NCBI GenBank assembly: GCA_012026655.1 | Contig: JAAILG010000225.1 | Coordinates: forward strand, 62,001 to 123,272 | Direction: 5' to 3' | Length of the DNA stretch: 61,272 nt | DNA from: Hydrolagus affinis | Lineage: Eukaryota | Shown here: one piece after another, positions 13,356-27,044 of the stretch | How positions within the stretch are numbered: the first letter of the stretch is position 1 | Layout of the letters: each line of letters begins with the position of its first letter | Position numbers and translations under genes: made by a program | Notes under the pieces: model-generated | What the model saw: the letters and a program-made list of their open reading frames with translations, nothing else | Told to the model about the DNA's origin: nothing | Databases searched by the model: none

Positions 13356-14640
13356 GCCCTGTGGACCAAAACTGACTGTAGGAGATTGCTGTAGGGTGAG
13401 AAAACAATGAGGATGGCTATGATACCCTCCACAGGTTCAGTCCTCCTTAATCTGATTGGCCCAACATTTCTAACAGTTTGGATTACCTAGTGCCTTTCAC
13501 CTAGAATGAGTATCTTGAAGTGCTTTGGCGGTGGAGTCATTAAACTCAGCAGGAAAAGTGTATTCGAGGGGGTGGGGGTGGTGGAGGGAGGATTTGATTT
13601 TGAGTATGTTGGAACAAAGAGGCTTTTAAAAAGGTGTCAGTTTTCAATGCAAATTACAGTCCACTGTCCAGGTGAGGCAACAAAGGAGAAAAGAAATGTA
13701 ATACTTTGGGGGCAGATACAAAAAAGCCGTTTCTCTGTGATCTTCTGTTGTAGCTTTCAGTAGCTCACTGTTCCTGACCAGCCACTGGCTAGTTCAAGGC
13801 ATGTTAATGGATCGAATGCTCAATTTAGAGATATTAATAATAATTTGTTTTTAATTAGTTATCAGTGTGTGCGTATTTGCTCCTCCATTAACCCGCTCGA
13901 CAGGACCCTGTCAGCAAGTCACGTTTTGGGACTGCTGAAATCATTTTTTTTTATGCGTTCCTTTTCCAGAAAAAAGAGATTGCCTGAAGCTTTGTGTAAT
14001 GTAATAAGACTCGTCTCCCAAGCGAGATTAGCAGATGACTGAAATGTCAAATCATTAGTAGAGAAAGGGAAATCTGTGTGATCTCTTATCTGGAGTTCTC
14101 TAGTCCCCGTAAAGTGCATTGGTCTGTAGGGAGTTTGTATTGTTGGTTTTTCATATGCTGGAATGTGCATCCCAGCTATCTGTGGAGCATGAATCGCCTG
14201 AAAGATCCACGGGCAATAGGACAATGCAGACTTTGTTAGTTTGCTGGGATTCTCGGACGGGCTGTCTGCTCCAACTAGACTGAAACTTGCTGCTTTGTCT
14301 TTTCATCAAACTGTCTGTAAGCACTCAACCCACCAGGGAGCGTGTACAGGGAAACTCACTGTCTGACTGACATCACACCATTTGTCCACTAACCTCTTTA
14401 GTCTCTGTATAAACACTAGCACAGACTACTTAGGTCGAATGGCGCGTTTCCATGACATTTCACTCGAGGTAACTGGTGATGTGGACTTGTGGTGATGTTA
14501 ACTAGAATGCTGTAATGTTTATCCAAGAAAATAGTTGCAGTGTGCCTTGATGGTGGTGATATATCGTGGGTGGTAGGAGTTGTTTTATTGGTTCATTCTG
14601 TTCACAGTCCAGCATGAGTTTTATTAGCATGTGATATGTA

Positions 14641-14956
14641 GCTCCTGTAGCTCAGTGGTTAGAGCATTCGCCTTGCAAGCAAGAGACCTGGGTTTAATTC
14701 CCAGCAGGGCAAAACTTTGGGCAAATTTCCTTCCTCCACACACCTGATAATGTAATCCCTTGGTAAAAAAACAATAATGAATTGTTCATTTCATTTAATG
14801 ACTGTTTGTAGGACACTGCTGTGCGCAATTGGCTGCTACGTTTCGCCCACAAATATACAGTCAAGTCACTTTACAATATATTCTGTGAAGCACTTTGATA
14901 TGTCTAGAAGACATGGAAAGCTCTATATTCGAATGTAAGGATCATCATTATTATTA
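14641..14956 (+). mobile_element. Full-length Deu-SINE
   Basis: gctcctgtagctcagtggttagagc head, Deu core and (att)n tail. Confidence 0.85.
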
Positions 14957-15690
14957 TACGGGTCTGAGTGTGTTTAAATGGGGAGAGAGAGAAAATATTC
15001 TAATATTTTACGATGATCATCAATTTATGAGCTGCACTTACTTGCAGTTGCTTGCCCTGATCTAAGGTAATGGAGACCAGGGACACTGGGACCAAACAAA
15101 TAACTGAAACCCAATTCTGCAACTCAGCAAGGAATCGAGGATCAGCCTCATCAATGTTACAACTGAAAGACTGTCTTGTCTGTCTTGCTGTCTTCTCTCC
15201 CGTTCACTCTCTCTTTGCCTTTCCTATCCCCACCCTCTCTCTCTCTCTTTCTTTCCGTCTCTCTCCACTTTATATCGCTGCCCTCCTCCCTCCCCATTGT
15301 AAATAATCACCCTATGGACATGGCATCAAGGCCCTTCATTGTGGAAGCGATGCTGAACTTTACACTGCATTGTCAAAGCTACTGTATTCCAGTCAAACTT
15401 TGGCAACGCACCAGCAAAAATAGAATTCCAACCAGCAGATTGAGATCAGTTCAGACTCATGGGTTTCACTGTGACTTTTATTATCTTTGAAAGTCCCACC
15501 AAGTAAAGTTTCTGCCCGACTGCTCTTCCCTGCACTCCCTGCCTTGTAAGGTCCGAGCAGTTTATCTAGTTTATTTACTTACCACAAGTCTTTGTGCATG
15601 CTCAGTTTGGGGTGAGGTGAGCGGGGGGGGGGTGGGTGGAAGGCGATGATATTTAATCTTTACTGCTTGTCACTGCTGGTCATCTGAGTG

Positions 15691-15956
15691 TTAGGTGCAG
15701 GTTGGCAGGAGCCAAGGTTTGGGAACCCCAGAGTGTGTATTGGGGTAACTGCTGGAGTCTAACTAGCTAAAGTAACACATATTGCTACCCAGCAAGCTTT
15801 CCTGGTGCTTGTCTAGCTAGGACCTCCCTCCCCTTTAGGGCTTTGGCTTGCGGGGTTAACAGGAGCTGAGTGGAATGACTCCCACCCCTAGTGACTGGTC
15901 TGCCCGTCCAGATCTTGCTGATGAGCCTGTGCTGTCATCAACAGTACCCTGGAATA
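15691..15956 (+). repeat. Unclassified ~270 bp interspersed repeat, copy 1
   Basis: Colinear with 23718-24000: ttagg(t/c)gcaggttggcaggagccaa ... gctgatgag ... ctgtgctgtcatca. Confidence 0.75.
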
Positions 15957-16176
15957 ACTATGAACCTACATTTAGCCTGGTGAATTTGAAAAACAGTGTG
16001 CGGAGGTGATGCAGTGAGGGGAATGGAGATAGTAAGCTCAAAGAGCTTGGTGAGGGAGAGGACATGGGCTGCCGAGTTCTGAATGGTTTGTACCTTGAGG
16101 ATCTGGGGATTGAATAGTTGAGCCTGATCATGAGGCTGAGAATGAAGCTCCTTCAGCTGATGTGGAGCAACTTAGT

Positions 16177-16484
16177 GGAGTCCTGTATCTCAGTGGTTAG
16201 AGCACTCGCCTTGCAAGCAAGAGACCTGGGTTTGATTCCAGGCAGGGCGAAGCCTTGGGCAAGTTTCCTTACTCCACACGCTTGATAATAATCCGTCAAG
16301 AAAAAACAATAACAAATTGGCGATTTCAATCCACAACTGTGTGTGGGCCAATGCTGTAGTCAATTGGCTGCCATGTTTCACCCACAAATATACAGTCAAT
16401 TCACTTTACAGTCAATTCTGTGAAGTGCTTTGGAACGTCTAGAAGATGTGTAAAGTGCTGTATCAAATGCAAGGATTATTATTA
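16177..16484 (+). mobile_element. Full-length Deu-SINE
   Basis: Head, core and tail as in the other copies. Confidence 0.85.
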
Positions 16485-18616
16485 TGTCCAGCTCACATCT
16501 CAGCCCCAGCTATTGCCCCAAGGTACAATTTCCCTTTGCTTACTCCAGATCCCATGTGACTTCTCTGGGTTAGATTGCAATATTAAGGACTGTTCTGTGC
16601 CATGGGAATTGACTGCAGATTCCCCCTAGCTCGTCTTAACAATAGAATCTTACAGCAAATAAGCCGATACCTTACAAGAATGGGTTCAGAGATGAACGGT
16701 CAGAGGTGCAGTTCCAGATTCCTTTGCGAGTTGCCCTGTTTCACTGTGATATTCTGCTTCACTGGAATCATTTGCTTTTTATGTCATGACTGGTGCAAAT
16801 CACCGATTTTTAACCTGAAAGTGTTAGATGTCAGAGGATTTTACACTCCAGTATCACTCTATTTATCTGCAAGACCATTTATCTGCATAGGTCTTTGTTG
16901 CTGAAACAGGTCACAGGGCTGGCGAGCTCTCTCGAATATACCTTGTGGCTAACAAACTCACACAACTTCACAGCTGGGCAATAACTGTGTTTTTACATCA
17001 TACAGTTTTAGTGCCTTGGGATGCCCTCCCACGTCAAAGTCGCTATACAACTGTAATTTTGTTGTTGTTAGAGATACCGGCAGTGAAAGAGAGCTAGGAA
17101 ATTTGAGCCACACGTTGAGGGGGAGAGAATTGAGGGGTGGGGGTTGGGGAGGAAGAGGAGAAAGAGAACAAAAGGCAGAACAAGAGGGAAAAAAGTTAAG
17201 AGCCAGAGAGAGAAGTGTAGTACTACAGTGCTCAGTTTAATTCCTAATGGAACTTTTTTTTAATTGACTCTGCAGCCAATTTGCATTTTGCGTGATGCGA
17301 TTACCCACAAAGGGGCTGGTCTGATTTAATGCAGATAACTATCATCTGTATATGTTTCAACCACAAATATAGAGTCAATTCACTTTACAGTATTTTCCGT
17401 GAAGAGCTTTGAAACATCGAGAAGACGTGAAAAGCGCTATATCAAATGCAAGGATTATTATAAGTGCTGTATTTAGAAGTAAGGATCAGTTAAATCACAC
17501 GAGGCATTGAACATGGACTTTACTAGTTAGTTTCATTCTAGACTCTTTCAGCAGCCGCCATCGAAGGAAAGTCAAATATGACCTTTCCCGATATATTCTC
17601 TTGTTTTCATTTAATTTGCTTTGAACTCTTTGTTCCACTATTGCTGCAGATGTATCTGGAAGTATGATCGTTCAATAGATACATAGCCTTTGATTAAACT
17701 TCTCTGGTTCAGCCCCAGAGGGCTTAGAGAAACGCATGGAATTTCATTGTTGACTGAGAAACACAGAATAGATTTAATATAAGCAGAAACAATGTGGTGG
17801 TTTATAGATCATTATCCTGCAGAAAGTCAAATGATTGAGTTACTTTTATTGATGGTGAGTTCTTCATAGCAGAAGTCATGCATATGTCCCTGACTGGCCC
17901 TAACATAGAGTTTTTATTGGAAATTTTCTCCTGAAGTCACTGGCTGCACAATGTAATAAGAATAATAATCCTAACATTTCGTTTAGTGCCTTTCAAATTG
18001 GGAGAATGTCTCGAAGCGCTTCTCAGGATATACTGTGAAGTGCAATGACTAATTGTGGGCGAACACCTCACTGGCCATTCTGATCACTTCATTGCAGTGG
18101 TTATGTGTGAGTCTGAACTCGCAGTATAACAGGGTCTGGGTCAGTTCACAGGCTGCAAGAGAGAGAGAGGAAGTGAGAGCATCTTTGTGTGGGAGTGCTA
18201 CTTTGCCTTGTGTTTCTCCAATTAAACTGTTATGAGTGCATGGGCAGTGGCCAAGCTTTCAACCACTACACTTCCTACTCTGTATTTCCATCAGTGTTGT
18301 CACATACTTCAAGACTACCCCCATTGTGCCCTTGAAGTGAGTGAGCATAATCTTAGTGCAAGCAGAAATTACTTTTGAAATGCAGGTGGAGTAAAGTCCC
18401 ATTCATTTCTGGTAAGTAATTTATTGGCCTGATCTGTTGGGCTTTGTGTGCTGTGTGTGTGGGTGTGCGTGTGTGCGCTTTGTTGCTGTCTTTGCTTAGC
18501 CCTTACCACGCCATCAAGACATCTCAAAGCGCTTGTACAGGATATACGGCAAAAGTGTAGAGACTGTGAGCGACCGTGGAGTCAATTTACTTATAGCAGT
18601 GTCACACAAACAGCCA

Positions 18617-18861
18617 TTGGGCAAGTTTCATTACTCCACCCGCCTAATAATAATGCCTCTAAAAAACAATCATAATTTGGTCATTTCAATCCACGGCTGT
18701 GTGTGGGACACTGCTACGCGCAATTGCCTGCCGTGTTTTGCCCACAAATATACAGTCAATTAACTTCACAGTATATTCTGTGAAAAGCTCTGAGACGCCT
18801 AGAAGACGTGAAAAGCACTATATCAAATGCAAGGATTATTATTATTATTATTATTATTATT
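18617..18861 (+). mobile_element. 5'-truncated Deu-SINE
   Basis: Starts at ttgggcaagtttc and ends in an (att)n tail. Confidence 0.8.
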
Positions 18862-19482
18862 GAGTGAGCTAGGATGTCAGGAGAAACTCCCTACCAGGAT
18901 AAACTAACTCGTGCTCGATGCTCTTTGTTGCTGGTATTAAGTTTGCTGTGTTTATTCAGAGATTGTGTGTTTGAAAACAGGCAATGGAAGCCAGTGTCTT
19001 GTGTCTTCTGTCTTTCACCCCATTTCTCTACCAGTGAAGACCATCCACTCAAAACAGCTGTCATTTTGAGTGGTGCTTTTTTTTGAACATGTCACATAAT
19101 GTAAATGTTGTGCTGCATCAAACACACCTGTTGTTTTGGTGTAAACTAATGTTTCGCAACAGTTCAATGCAACTAAACTTTCTTTGGCTTGTCGAGCTAC
19201 AGTATTTAAAAAAACACTAAATCTTTCTGAATCCCAAAGAGCAATTACAGTGGGTGTGAATTATACACCAGATGGAACAGGCGTGTTCAAAATTTCCCAC
19301 CTGTAATGTGGAAGCTAACAATTGCAACTTGATGTCCTTTTTGACACTTCACTTATCCTCTTATAGTAGCTGTTCAACCAACCGGCAGCTTTTTCACTTT
19401 CTCTTGAGGCATCAAATTGTCGATTCTTTCAAAAACAAATGAGATGGATTTATTTTAGGAAACAATAGCTTGGGATACAGTA

Positions 19483-19667
19483 CAGTAAAAGCCCATTTAT
19501 CCGGCACCCTCAGGACCTGGCCAATGCCTATATTTGGCCGAAAACACAATTTAAAAAACTAAATTTTTCCAGATAAATTCTGGTTAATCGAATGCAGATC
19601 TTTTTTTGAGGTGCCGGTTATACGGAAGTTATAGCTGATCGGGTCACAGATAAATAGGCTTTTACTG
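19483..19667. mobile_element. Short (185 bp) member of the same Tigger-like MITE family
   Basis: TIRs CAGTAAAAGCCCATTTATC / GATAAATAGGCTTTTACTG, TA TSD. Shares ggacctggccaatgcc and gtgccggttatacggaagt with 11449-12184. Confidence 0.85.
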
Positions 19668-20056
19668 TATATAGTTTGGGGCATGAGATGTTCATGCGAC
19701 TGCCAGTGCAGTGAAAGGCGAACTGGATAAACATTCGTCTTCTTTCAACATAATTCTTATGTTCCAGTTGTCACTTGTCCACATTCCTAGAGTTGGGATT
19801 TGATCTTGTTGAGGATTTCTGGGGCTAATTGTCTTCTATTTTCTCTCTCCTCTCCAACATGTACTGAGGTTCAGTTCCATAGATGCCGGTGGCCACCCAC
19901 CTTCTAGCCTGTGATCTCAACCTTTGTGTGAGACTTCACATGGATTGTTAGATTCAACCGTTGCGGGGTAGTGGGTGTATGGGTGGATCTCACAACAGAG
20001 CTCAATGGTGTCCTCATCAAATGTGAATATTGATGCACCAGGAACTACTGAATAAT

Positions 20057-20415
20057 CATAACAATCCTTGCATTTGGTATTACACCTTATCACGTCACTG
20101 AGATGTCTTCAAGCGCTTCACATAATATACTGTAAAGTGAATTGACTATTTGTGTGCCAAGCGCAGTAGCCAATTGCGCATAGCAATGTCCCACAAACAG
20201 TAGTAGATTGAATGACCAAATTTGTGGCAGGGAGCATGATCATTACCCCCGGGAAAGCCACCCGCCAGATCAACTGGCATCCAGTTCCTACTTACTGCTA
20301 GATAAACACAGGCGTTTAAAGTAAGGAAACTTGCCTAAGGTTTCGCCCTGCCCTGGATTCGAACCTGGGTCCTTTCGCTTACGGCTTGAGTGCTCTAATC
20401 AATCCGCTATGGAGA
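20057..20415 (-). mobile_element. Deu-SINE, longer subfamily
   Basis: Tail, core and head (ggattcgaacctggg) all on the minus strand. Confidence 0.75.
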
Positions 20416-21122
20416 ACTATAGTGCGAATAAAGCAGGAACCCTTTATATTCTGTCTTCTCCCTCCCCACTCCCACTCCAATCCCAGGGCCACTGAAGCTA
20501 ACTGTGCTTTAGGAGTTACTGTCCTATTAATCTGCTTCTCGTTTGCTTCGCCATGGCTTGAGCAAGAAACAAAAACGTGTTCATATTTGAGCAGATTGTG
20601 TGCTTGGCAGAGTATATTAGAATATCAGTTAATGGGTATCTTAAAATGCTTTCACTCATGATTGATGTTTCCTAATTTCTTACCACTTATATAAGCAGCT
20701 TCTCATGAGACTGCGAATTGGTTTTGTTAAGTATATAGGAGGCGAAACTTGCTGGTGTGAATGTCAAGCGATTGCTATTAATTTCTATGCGGGTCAGCTC
20801 GGTTGTCAATGGGAGTATTGTACACCCACTGCTCCAGGGATTTGAGCCAATTTACTTGTTAAATACATTTTAAGGAGGTCATCAATTTTTATAAGCAATT
20901 TCTCAATCTCTCTAATTTCAAGGGGAACAACTACTACACAAAGAAGATGAGGAAGAGTTTGACTTGCCCTGTGTCGATGCATCATATTTTCCTCAGATCA
21001 GCACTTCACAGTGTATTTGGATTCAAGGTTCCAATAAGCAATCAACGTAGCAATGCATTTAATAATAATAATAACAATAATAATCCTTGCATTTGATGTA
21101 GCACTTTTCACATCTTCTAGAC

Positions 21123-21430
21123 CAGTGGTGCTCAGCCCTTTTCAGAAATGTACCCCTTGTTAATTTTCAACAATATCATGTACCCCCACGCAACCACACA
21201 CATATCACCCAGCACACCACCATTCCACTTGCATTTTATAACCAAGCTTTTCTTATATAACAAAATAACTAGCACATACAAAACGAGGGGAATAGCAATT
21301 AAATATACAATTTGGAAGGCTATAAAATGCTAAATAAGAGAGCTAAATAAATCAATGTACCGCTATCTGTACCCCCTGGGAGTGATTTTATACCACCTGG
21401 GTTACATGTACACCTGGTTGAGAACCGCTG
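21123..21430. mobile_element. hAT-Charlie-type MITE nested in a minus-strand SINE
   Basis: TIRs CAGTGGTGCTCAGCC / GGTTGAGAACCGCTG; perfect 8-bp TSD TTCTAGAC at 21115-21122 and 21431-21438, matching the NTCTAGAN Charlie target. Confidence 0.88.
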
Positions 21431-22732
21431 TTCTAGACGTTTCAAAGCGCTTCACTGTAAAGTGAATTGACTGTATTTTTGTTGACAAAACCTGACAGCC
21501 AATTGTGCACAGAGGTCTACCACAAACAGTCGTGGATTGAAGTGACCAATTTAGTATTGTTTTTTTTCTTAAGGGATTATTATCGGTTGTGTTTCATTGG
21601 CAGGAGTATGATGAACGGTAGCTGTGCATTGAGTTTCTTGGTCCAGCTTGTAATTGCCCAATTGGTAAAACTTTGTCACAGTGTGGAGCACATGTCCATA
21701 CTTCCAAGTCTGGTTGATAAGTCTGACAGTGTCCCAGATTACCATGGACCTGCCTGGTCCACACTCCCCCGATGGAGCAGAGGAAGGCCATTTCCTGCTT
21801 ATTCCTCAATGTTAGTTTTCAGCGCTCTGAGACGAAGCCCCCCATGTAGGACACTAACAACAACAAAATTACATTTGTATTGTGCCTTTCACGTCGGGAG
21901 GATGTCCCAAGGTGCTGGACAGTCAATGTTTCGGACCCGAGCTGGTTCGAGATCAGGAAGGGTGGAGAGAAGGGGGTGACCAATGGCACGGTTGAAGAGG
22001 AGGCTATCAAAATCTAAATGCAATTTGTTGTTGTTTGTCATTGTTGATTGCTGATCTTTTCTAATCTTTCACGCCCTTATTTCCCACCGGAGAGGGAAGA
22101 GGTGGGGGAACCTCAAGCCATGAAAGCCTGAACCATTTGAAGCTGCCTGATTTGCCTGTGGGTTACAGCTCTCGAGTGTACATTTCCCTTCAAAGTCGCT
22201 AATGAATTAATTTGATTGCATCCCCCTAATTTCTTTTCACGCGCACAACGCACACACACGCACCCCTCCGCTTCGAATTGATAAGTGAAGCGCTCAATCA
22301 GTGGATTTGACATTTTCTTTGACAGAGTCCAAGACAAAATAGGCTTCACAGCAGCCAGGCGCTGTTGTAGTGCAGCAAATGGTGTGTTTTGCCAGCAATG
22401 TATCCCTGGGGGAGAATGCTGATTTTCCTGCACTTTGCCCACTGGCAACGGGTCCGATTACAAGCCTGCCTCTTGTGAAGCCTGATTGACGTGTATGCGT
22501 GCTCTTTTACTCCTTTCACAGCCTTAATGTTATCCTGTAGGAAGCTGAAATTATTTTGACCCTCGTTAACTTAAAATGTGCACAGTTTTTTCAGGGGGAG
22601 ACTGACTTGTGCTCGCTCTACTGCTGCTTTCAGAAGTTATTGCTGCATGTATCAACTTAACTTGCAGAAAACTCATTGAATATTTTATTCCCTGCTAAAT
22701 TCTCCTTTGCATTTTCTCTGGTGTGAAGCAAG

Positions 22733-23035
22733 AATGATAATCGTTGCATTCGATGTCAAGTCATTGAGACTTCGCAAAGCACTTCACAGAATATATTGTA
22801 AAGTGAATTGAATGTATCTTGTGGGTGAAACGCAGCAGCTAATTGCTCACAGCAGTTGAGATTGAGCGGCCATATTTTTTGGAGGGATTATTACTCTCCA
22901 TAAAAAGCGATCTGTCTATCAACTACCAACCTATTTAATGCTGGGTAAACAGAGGCATATGAAGTACGGAAACTTGCCCAAGGTTTTGCCCTACCCGGAA
23001 ATCGAACCCAGATCCTCTCATGCGGTGAGTGCGCT
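22733..23035 (-). mobile_element. Deu-SINE, longer subfamily
   Basis: Same segments as 4866-5200. Confidence 0.7.
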
Positions 23036-23717
23036 GATATCAAAGTTCTTTTTGAAATCAATTTTATATCAAAAAATTTTGATATCAAAGAATGTTTAAA
23101 ATAAGTTAGTTATTTATAACCCTTTTATTCCAAAGAAAAAGTTGCTTTTAATTTCTCCCCCCCCACACACCCCCCCCCCCCCCACCCGCACCACACACCC
23201 CCTATCAAAATTCAGATCTTTAAAGTGGCTTTGTAAATGGGACTTTATTCATTCTTTGTGTGAGAAACCTGGCACTTTAATTACAGGGAGATCTTTCAGC
23301 AAGGTTTTACCTGAACGTGAGTAATGTCAAAGTGGGCGTGAGATTTATTCTCTGAAAGCAAACAATGGAGTGAATGCTTATTAAAAGGACCCTGGACTCC
23401 AGCATGTTTGTGCCAATGCACTCTTGGATCACATTCACCAGAAAATATTCCCCCTTTGCTTAATGCTTATATTCACAAACAAAAAAATATATACAGTATT
23501 TGAAAAAAAATTTAAATGTTACTTTTTATGTTTGATTTCGGGAGTCAGCGAGATATCTGACACATGCGGAAACCCATTACCATTCCTAAGAATACCCAAA
23601 TCAAACTGCGAATTCCATGCATTCCACCTCACTTGGAAATTGCAGAGATAGATTGTTGGAATGGAAGACATACTCTCCCTGGAGGGACATATCCTGCTTA
23701 CCTAATTCTGGAAAGTA

Positions 23718-24000
23718 TTAGGCGCAGGTTGGCAGGAGCCAAAGGTTCTGGGTCCCATAGTGTGTGTTGGGGGGTAATGCTGGAATCTGACCAGCTAAAG
23801 CTCCATAGCTTGCTATTGATGGCACTGTATGGCAAGCTTTCCTACCACCGGTCCAGCTCGTACCATTCTACTTGTTTGGGCTTTGGTTTGTATGGTACAG
23901 GAGCTGATTGGGAGAATTCCCTGTCCCCAGTGATTGGTCTGCCTTTTCAGGTCCTGCTGATGAGGCAGCCTGGCTGTGCTGTCATCAGTGCCCTGAAATA
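23718..24000 (+). repeat. Unclassified ~280 bp interspersed repeat, copy 2
   Basis: Colinear with 15691-15956. Confidence 0.75.
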
Positions 24001-24469
24001 TCGTGGACCCATCTGGCTCAAGGACCGTGCTACTGAGACCACCACACTGGCTTGATTACTATATTCCAAAGCTATGTTCAGCTCCATGGAGATCCCACTT
24101 ACCTCCCTCCAGTCCAGTGCTTTTAATGAGCAAATGGGTGTGAGTGTGCGATGGAGAGTGGGTCAGACTAGCCTCCTCACAGTCTAAATTGGATTCAAAA
24201 ATGCTTGATTCTAAGTCATCTGAGCAATGGAATGACTGTTTGATCAGGATAAGCTGGGAAAGCAATGTTAATTACAGTGTAATGATAATCCTTGCATTTG
24301 GTGTAGTGCCTTACATATTAGATGGACATCACAAAAGTGCTTCACCAGATAGATTGCAAAGTGGAGCAACTGTGTTTTGTGGGTGAACCATTTGGTGTCA
24401 TTTATTCTCCCCCCCGAACAAGCTCCTGTGAAAATAGTTATCCTGTTGATAGTTTTTGACGAGTTATAA

Positions 24470-24805
24470 TAAATAAATAATCCTTGCATTTGATATGGCG
24501 CTTTCCACATCTTATCAACGTCCCAAAGCGCTTCACGGAATATATTGTAAGATGAATTGACTGTATAAATTTGTGGGCGAATCGCGGCAGCCAATTGCGC
24601 ACAGCAGTGTCCCACACACAGTCGTGGATTGAAATGACCAATTTTATTATTGTGGTTTTTTTGGAGGGATTATTATTAGGCGTGTGGAGTAAGGAAACTT
24701 GCCCAAGGTTTCGCCCTGACATGCCTGGATTCGAACACAGGTCTCCCCAGCTTGGTCTCCCCAGCTTGCAAGACAAGTGCTCTAACCACTGAGCCACAGG
24801 AGCTC
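24470..24805 (-). mobile_element. Full-length Deu-SINE, head-duplication subfamily
   Basis: Reverse complement is highly similar to 55050-55383. Confidence 0.88.
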
Positions 24806-27044
24806 CACAGTTGCTCGCGAGCCCTGTAATTATCTGGAACCCCAAGTTGGAGACAAGTACTGAGAGCAATAGAGGTCAAGTGAGGAGGAACTCCCAGAGT
24901 AGCAATTCCCAGCAGCTCTGACGGCTGACAGAAATGGTTCAGCGTTAACAACCAAAGCACAAAGGGGAAATGTGCAGCCACACGGCCAGTAGACTTCAGC
25001 CAGCAGCTGTTGTGAGGATTGGGTTTCCCCAGGGTTCAAGCTGGGATTGAGAACTCGATCTCACCACTGGCACAAGAACCCGCGTTGCATTGCAGAAGAT
25101 CCAGCGATGTCTTGTATGGTTGGGGGGGTGGGGGGGGCAGCTCAGCATTCAGAGACGAGAGGAAAAGTGATCGAAGTGAGACATGTTGGAATGCTTCATG
25201 GTGGAATGGAAGAAATGTGCCATTAATAATTCTGGTCAGATGCTTCAAAGCTCGGGGGGATATCCAATACCTCTTGCAGTACTGCTGTCCCTCTCGAGTT
25301 CAGTACTTGCAGTTTGTGTGTCAAGCTACTTCTTCTCTTCACAAGCTGCAGATTCCCCCGAACAACCCGCTCACTAGACTCGTCGATCCTGCCCCCGGGT
25401 ATGCGAGGCCCTGTGTAAATGTTTACGTGGTTTGTATTGCATGTGGATATTTTTTGCTCACCCATTTTGTTCCCCTTCTACGCCTAAAGGATGGGCACAC
25501 TTTGGTGCCTCATAAACGTTTTAGGCCGGGCCCTGAGTCTCTCACTGGCCTGAAATGGCATTGCAGCCAATCCTGATCAGGACACCAAAGGTGGCACAAC
25601 AAAACTGGCATTTATATAGCGCCCTCCACGCCGAGCGATATCTCAGAGCGACTCGCTCACGTTCAGGTGTGGGAACTCATTTATTTTCTTATCTCCTTAA
25701 CTGGGGCTCCGAGCTAAGCGTCTAACTGTTGATTTGTGTAGGCAAATGCAGGTACCTTGCAGCACACAGCAGAGTCCACCAATAGCCACGAGGCAGTTTC
25801 TAACAGCATCTCATTAGCTGTCATTTTTATGGGCCATTCTGTAAATTCAGGCATTCTGGCGAAGGAACAGCATTCACACGTACAGGTAGAAGAAAAGGCA
25901 CTTTACTTCCTTCTGGCTGTATTTCTGTCCTGTCTGATTTACTGCAGACATCACAAGATGTTCAGCGGCACGTCAGTCTGCATTCGTAAGTTGAGGAATC
26001 TTGTACTTCTTTTCGTCCTCTGTATTCTTATCTGTATCAAGATACAGAGGACTCCTGCTTTGCTTCTACGCTGAAATCTCTTTATGATTATGACAAGTCT
26101 TCCCTTTGTAGGGTTTGCATTGTTATCTCAAGTTTCTAAGAAAAAAATCACCATACTCCTTGCATTTGTCATAGCGACTTATCACGTCGTTGCCATGTTT
26201 CAAAGGACCTCACAGGATTTTTTTGTGTTTCAAACATGGATTTGTAGGGAAACGCAGCACCAATTTGTGTACAGCAAAGTCCCACAAACAGCCGTGAACT
26301 GAAGGTCCAATTTTAACAGGGGGTTGGCCAGCACATCTGGAAAACCTCCCCTCCATTGGTGGTCCAGCACTGAGTTGTAGCTTTGGGTGATGTCATTGCA
26401 AGCCAACCTTCGATCCTGACATTGTGTGGTTTCCGGAGCATATATCCATGTGAATTTGCGCACAGCCACACGCAGCCACAGTAGAAACAGAGGACCTTGA
26501 ATGTTGTCGAGTGTGACTGATTGTTAAAATAAGACGAATTCCTGCATTTGATATAATGCCTCATCACATCAGGAGGAAGCTTTGCAGGAATCACTGTAGC
26601 TCACTGTAAAGTGTTGCGACTGTGTTTTGTAACTAAATGCAGCAACCAATTGATATTATTCAATTATTATTATGGCCCACCAGTGTTGTCAACAGCAACT
26701 TGCATTTGTACAGCGCTCCTCATGCAGGGTAGCGTCCCAGAGTGGTGGAGCTCGATACCAAGGTGGGGAGGAGAACATATGCACGGTTGAAGAGGAAGAT
26801 TGAAGGAGAACGTTCCAGGTTTTCAGGGTGTAGTAGCTGAGAGCAAGGCTAATTTTATCTGAGGTATTGTCGGCCAGGACATGGTGAGAGGTGGGGGGGG
26901 GGGCGGAGAAACTCCCTTCTCTTTTTCAATTGGGCCAAGAAATCTTTATCCGAGCCAGTCACACACACCTGATGTTGGATTCGGATTTACAGCGGTCGAA
27001 CCCACCTGGGCAAAGGCTTCAGCCTGCAATTATTGCTTACCAGA

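Larger units (their letters stand above)
12950..15130 (+). repeat. Local direct duplication (about 12950-13090 and 14980-15130) with a 41-nt identical core
   Basis: ttgccctgatctaaggtaatggagaccagggacactgggac at 13012-13052 and 15052-15092. Confidence 0.85.

Noticed and set aside
23035-23090. Short GATATC-containing AT-rich palindrome
   Set aside because: Too short and low in complexity; no TSD identified.
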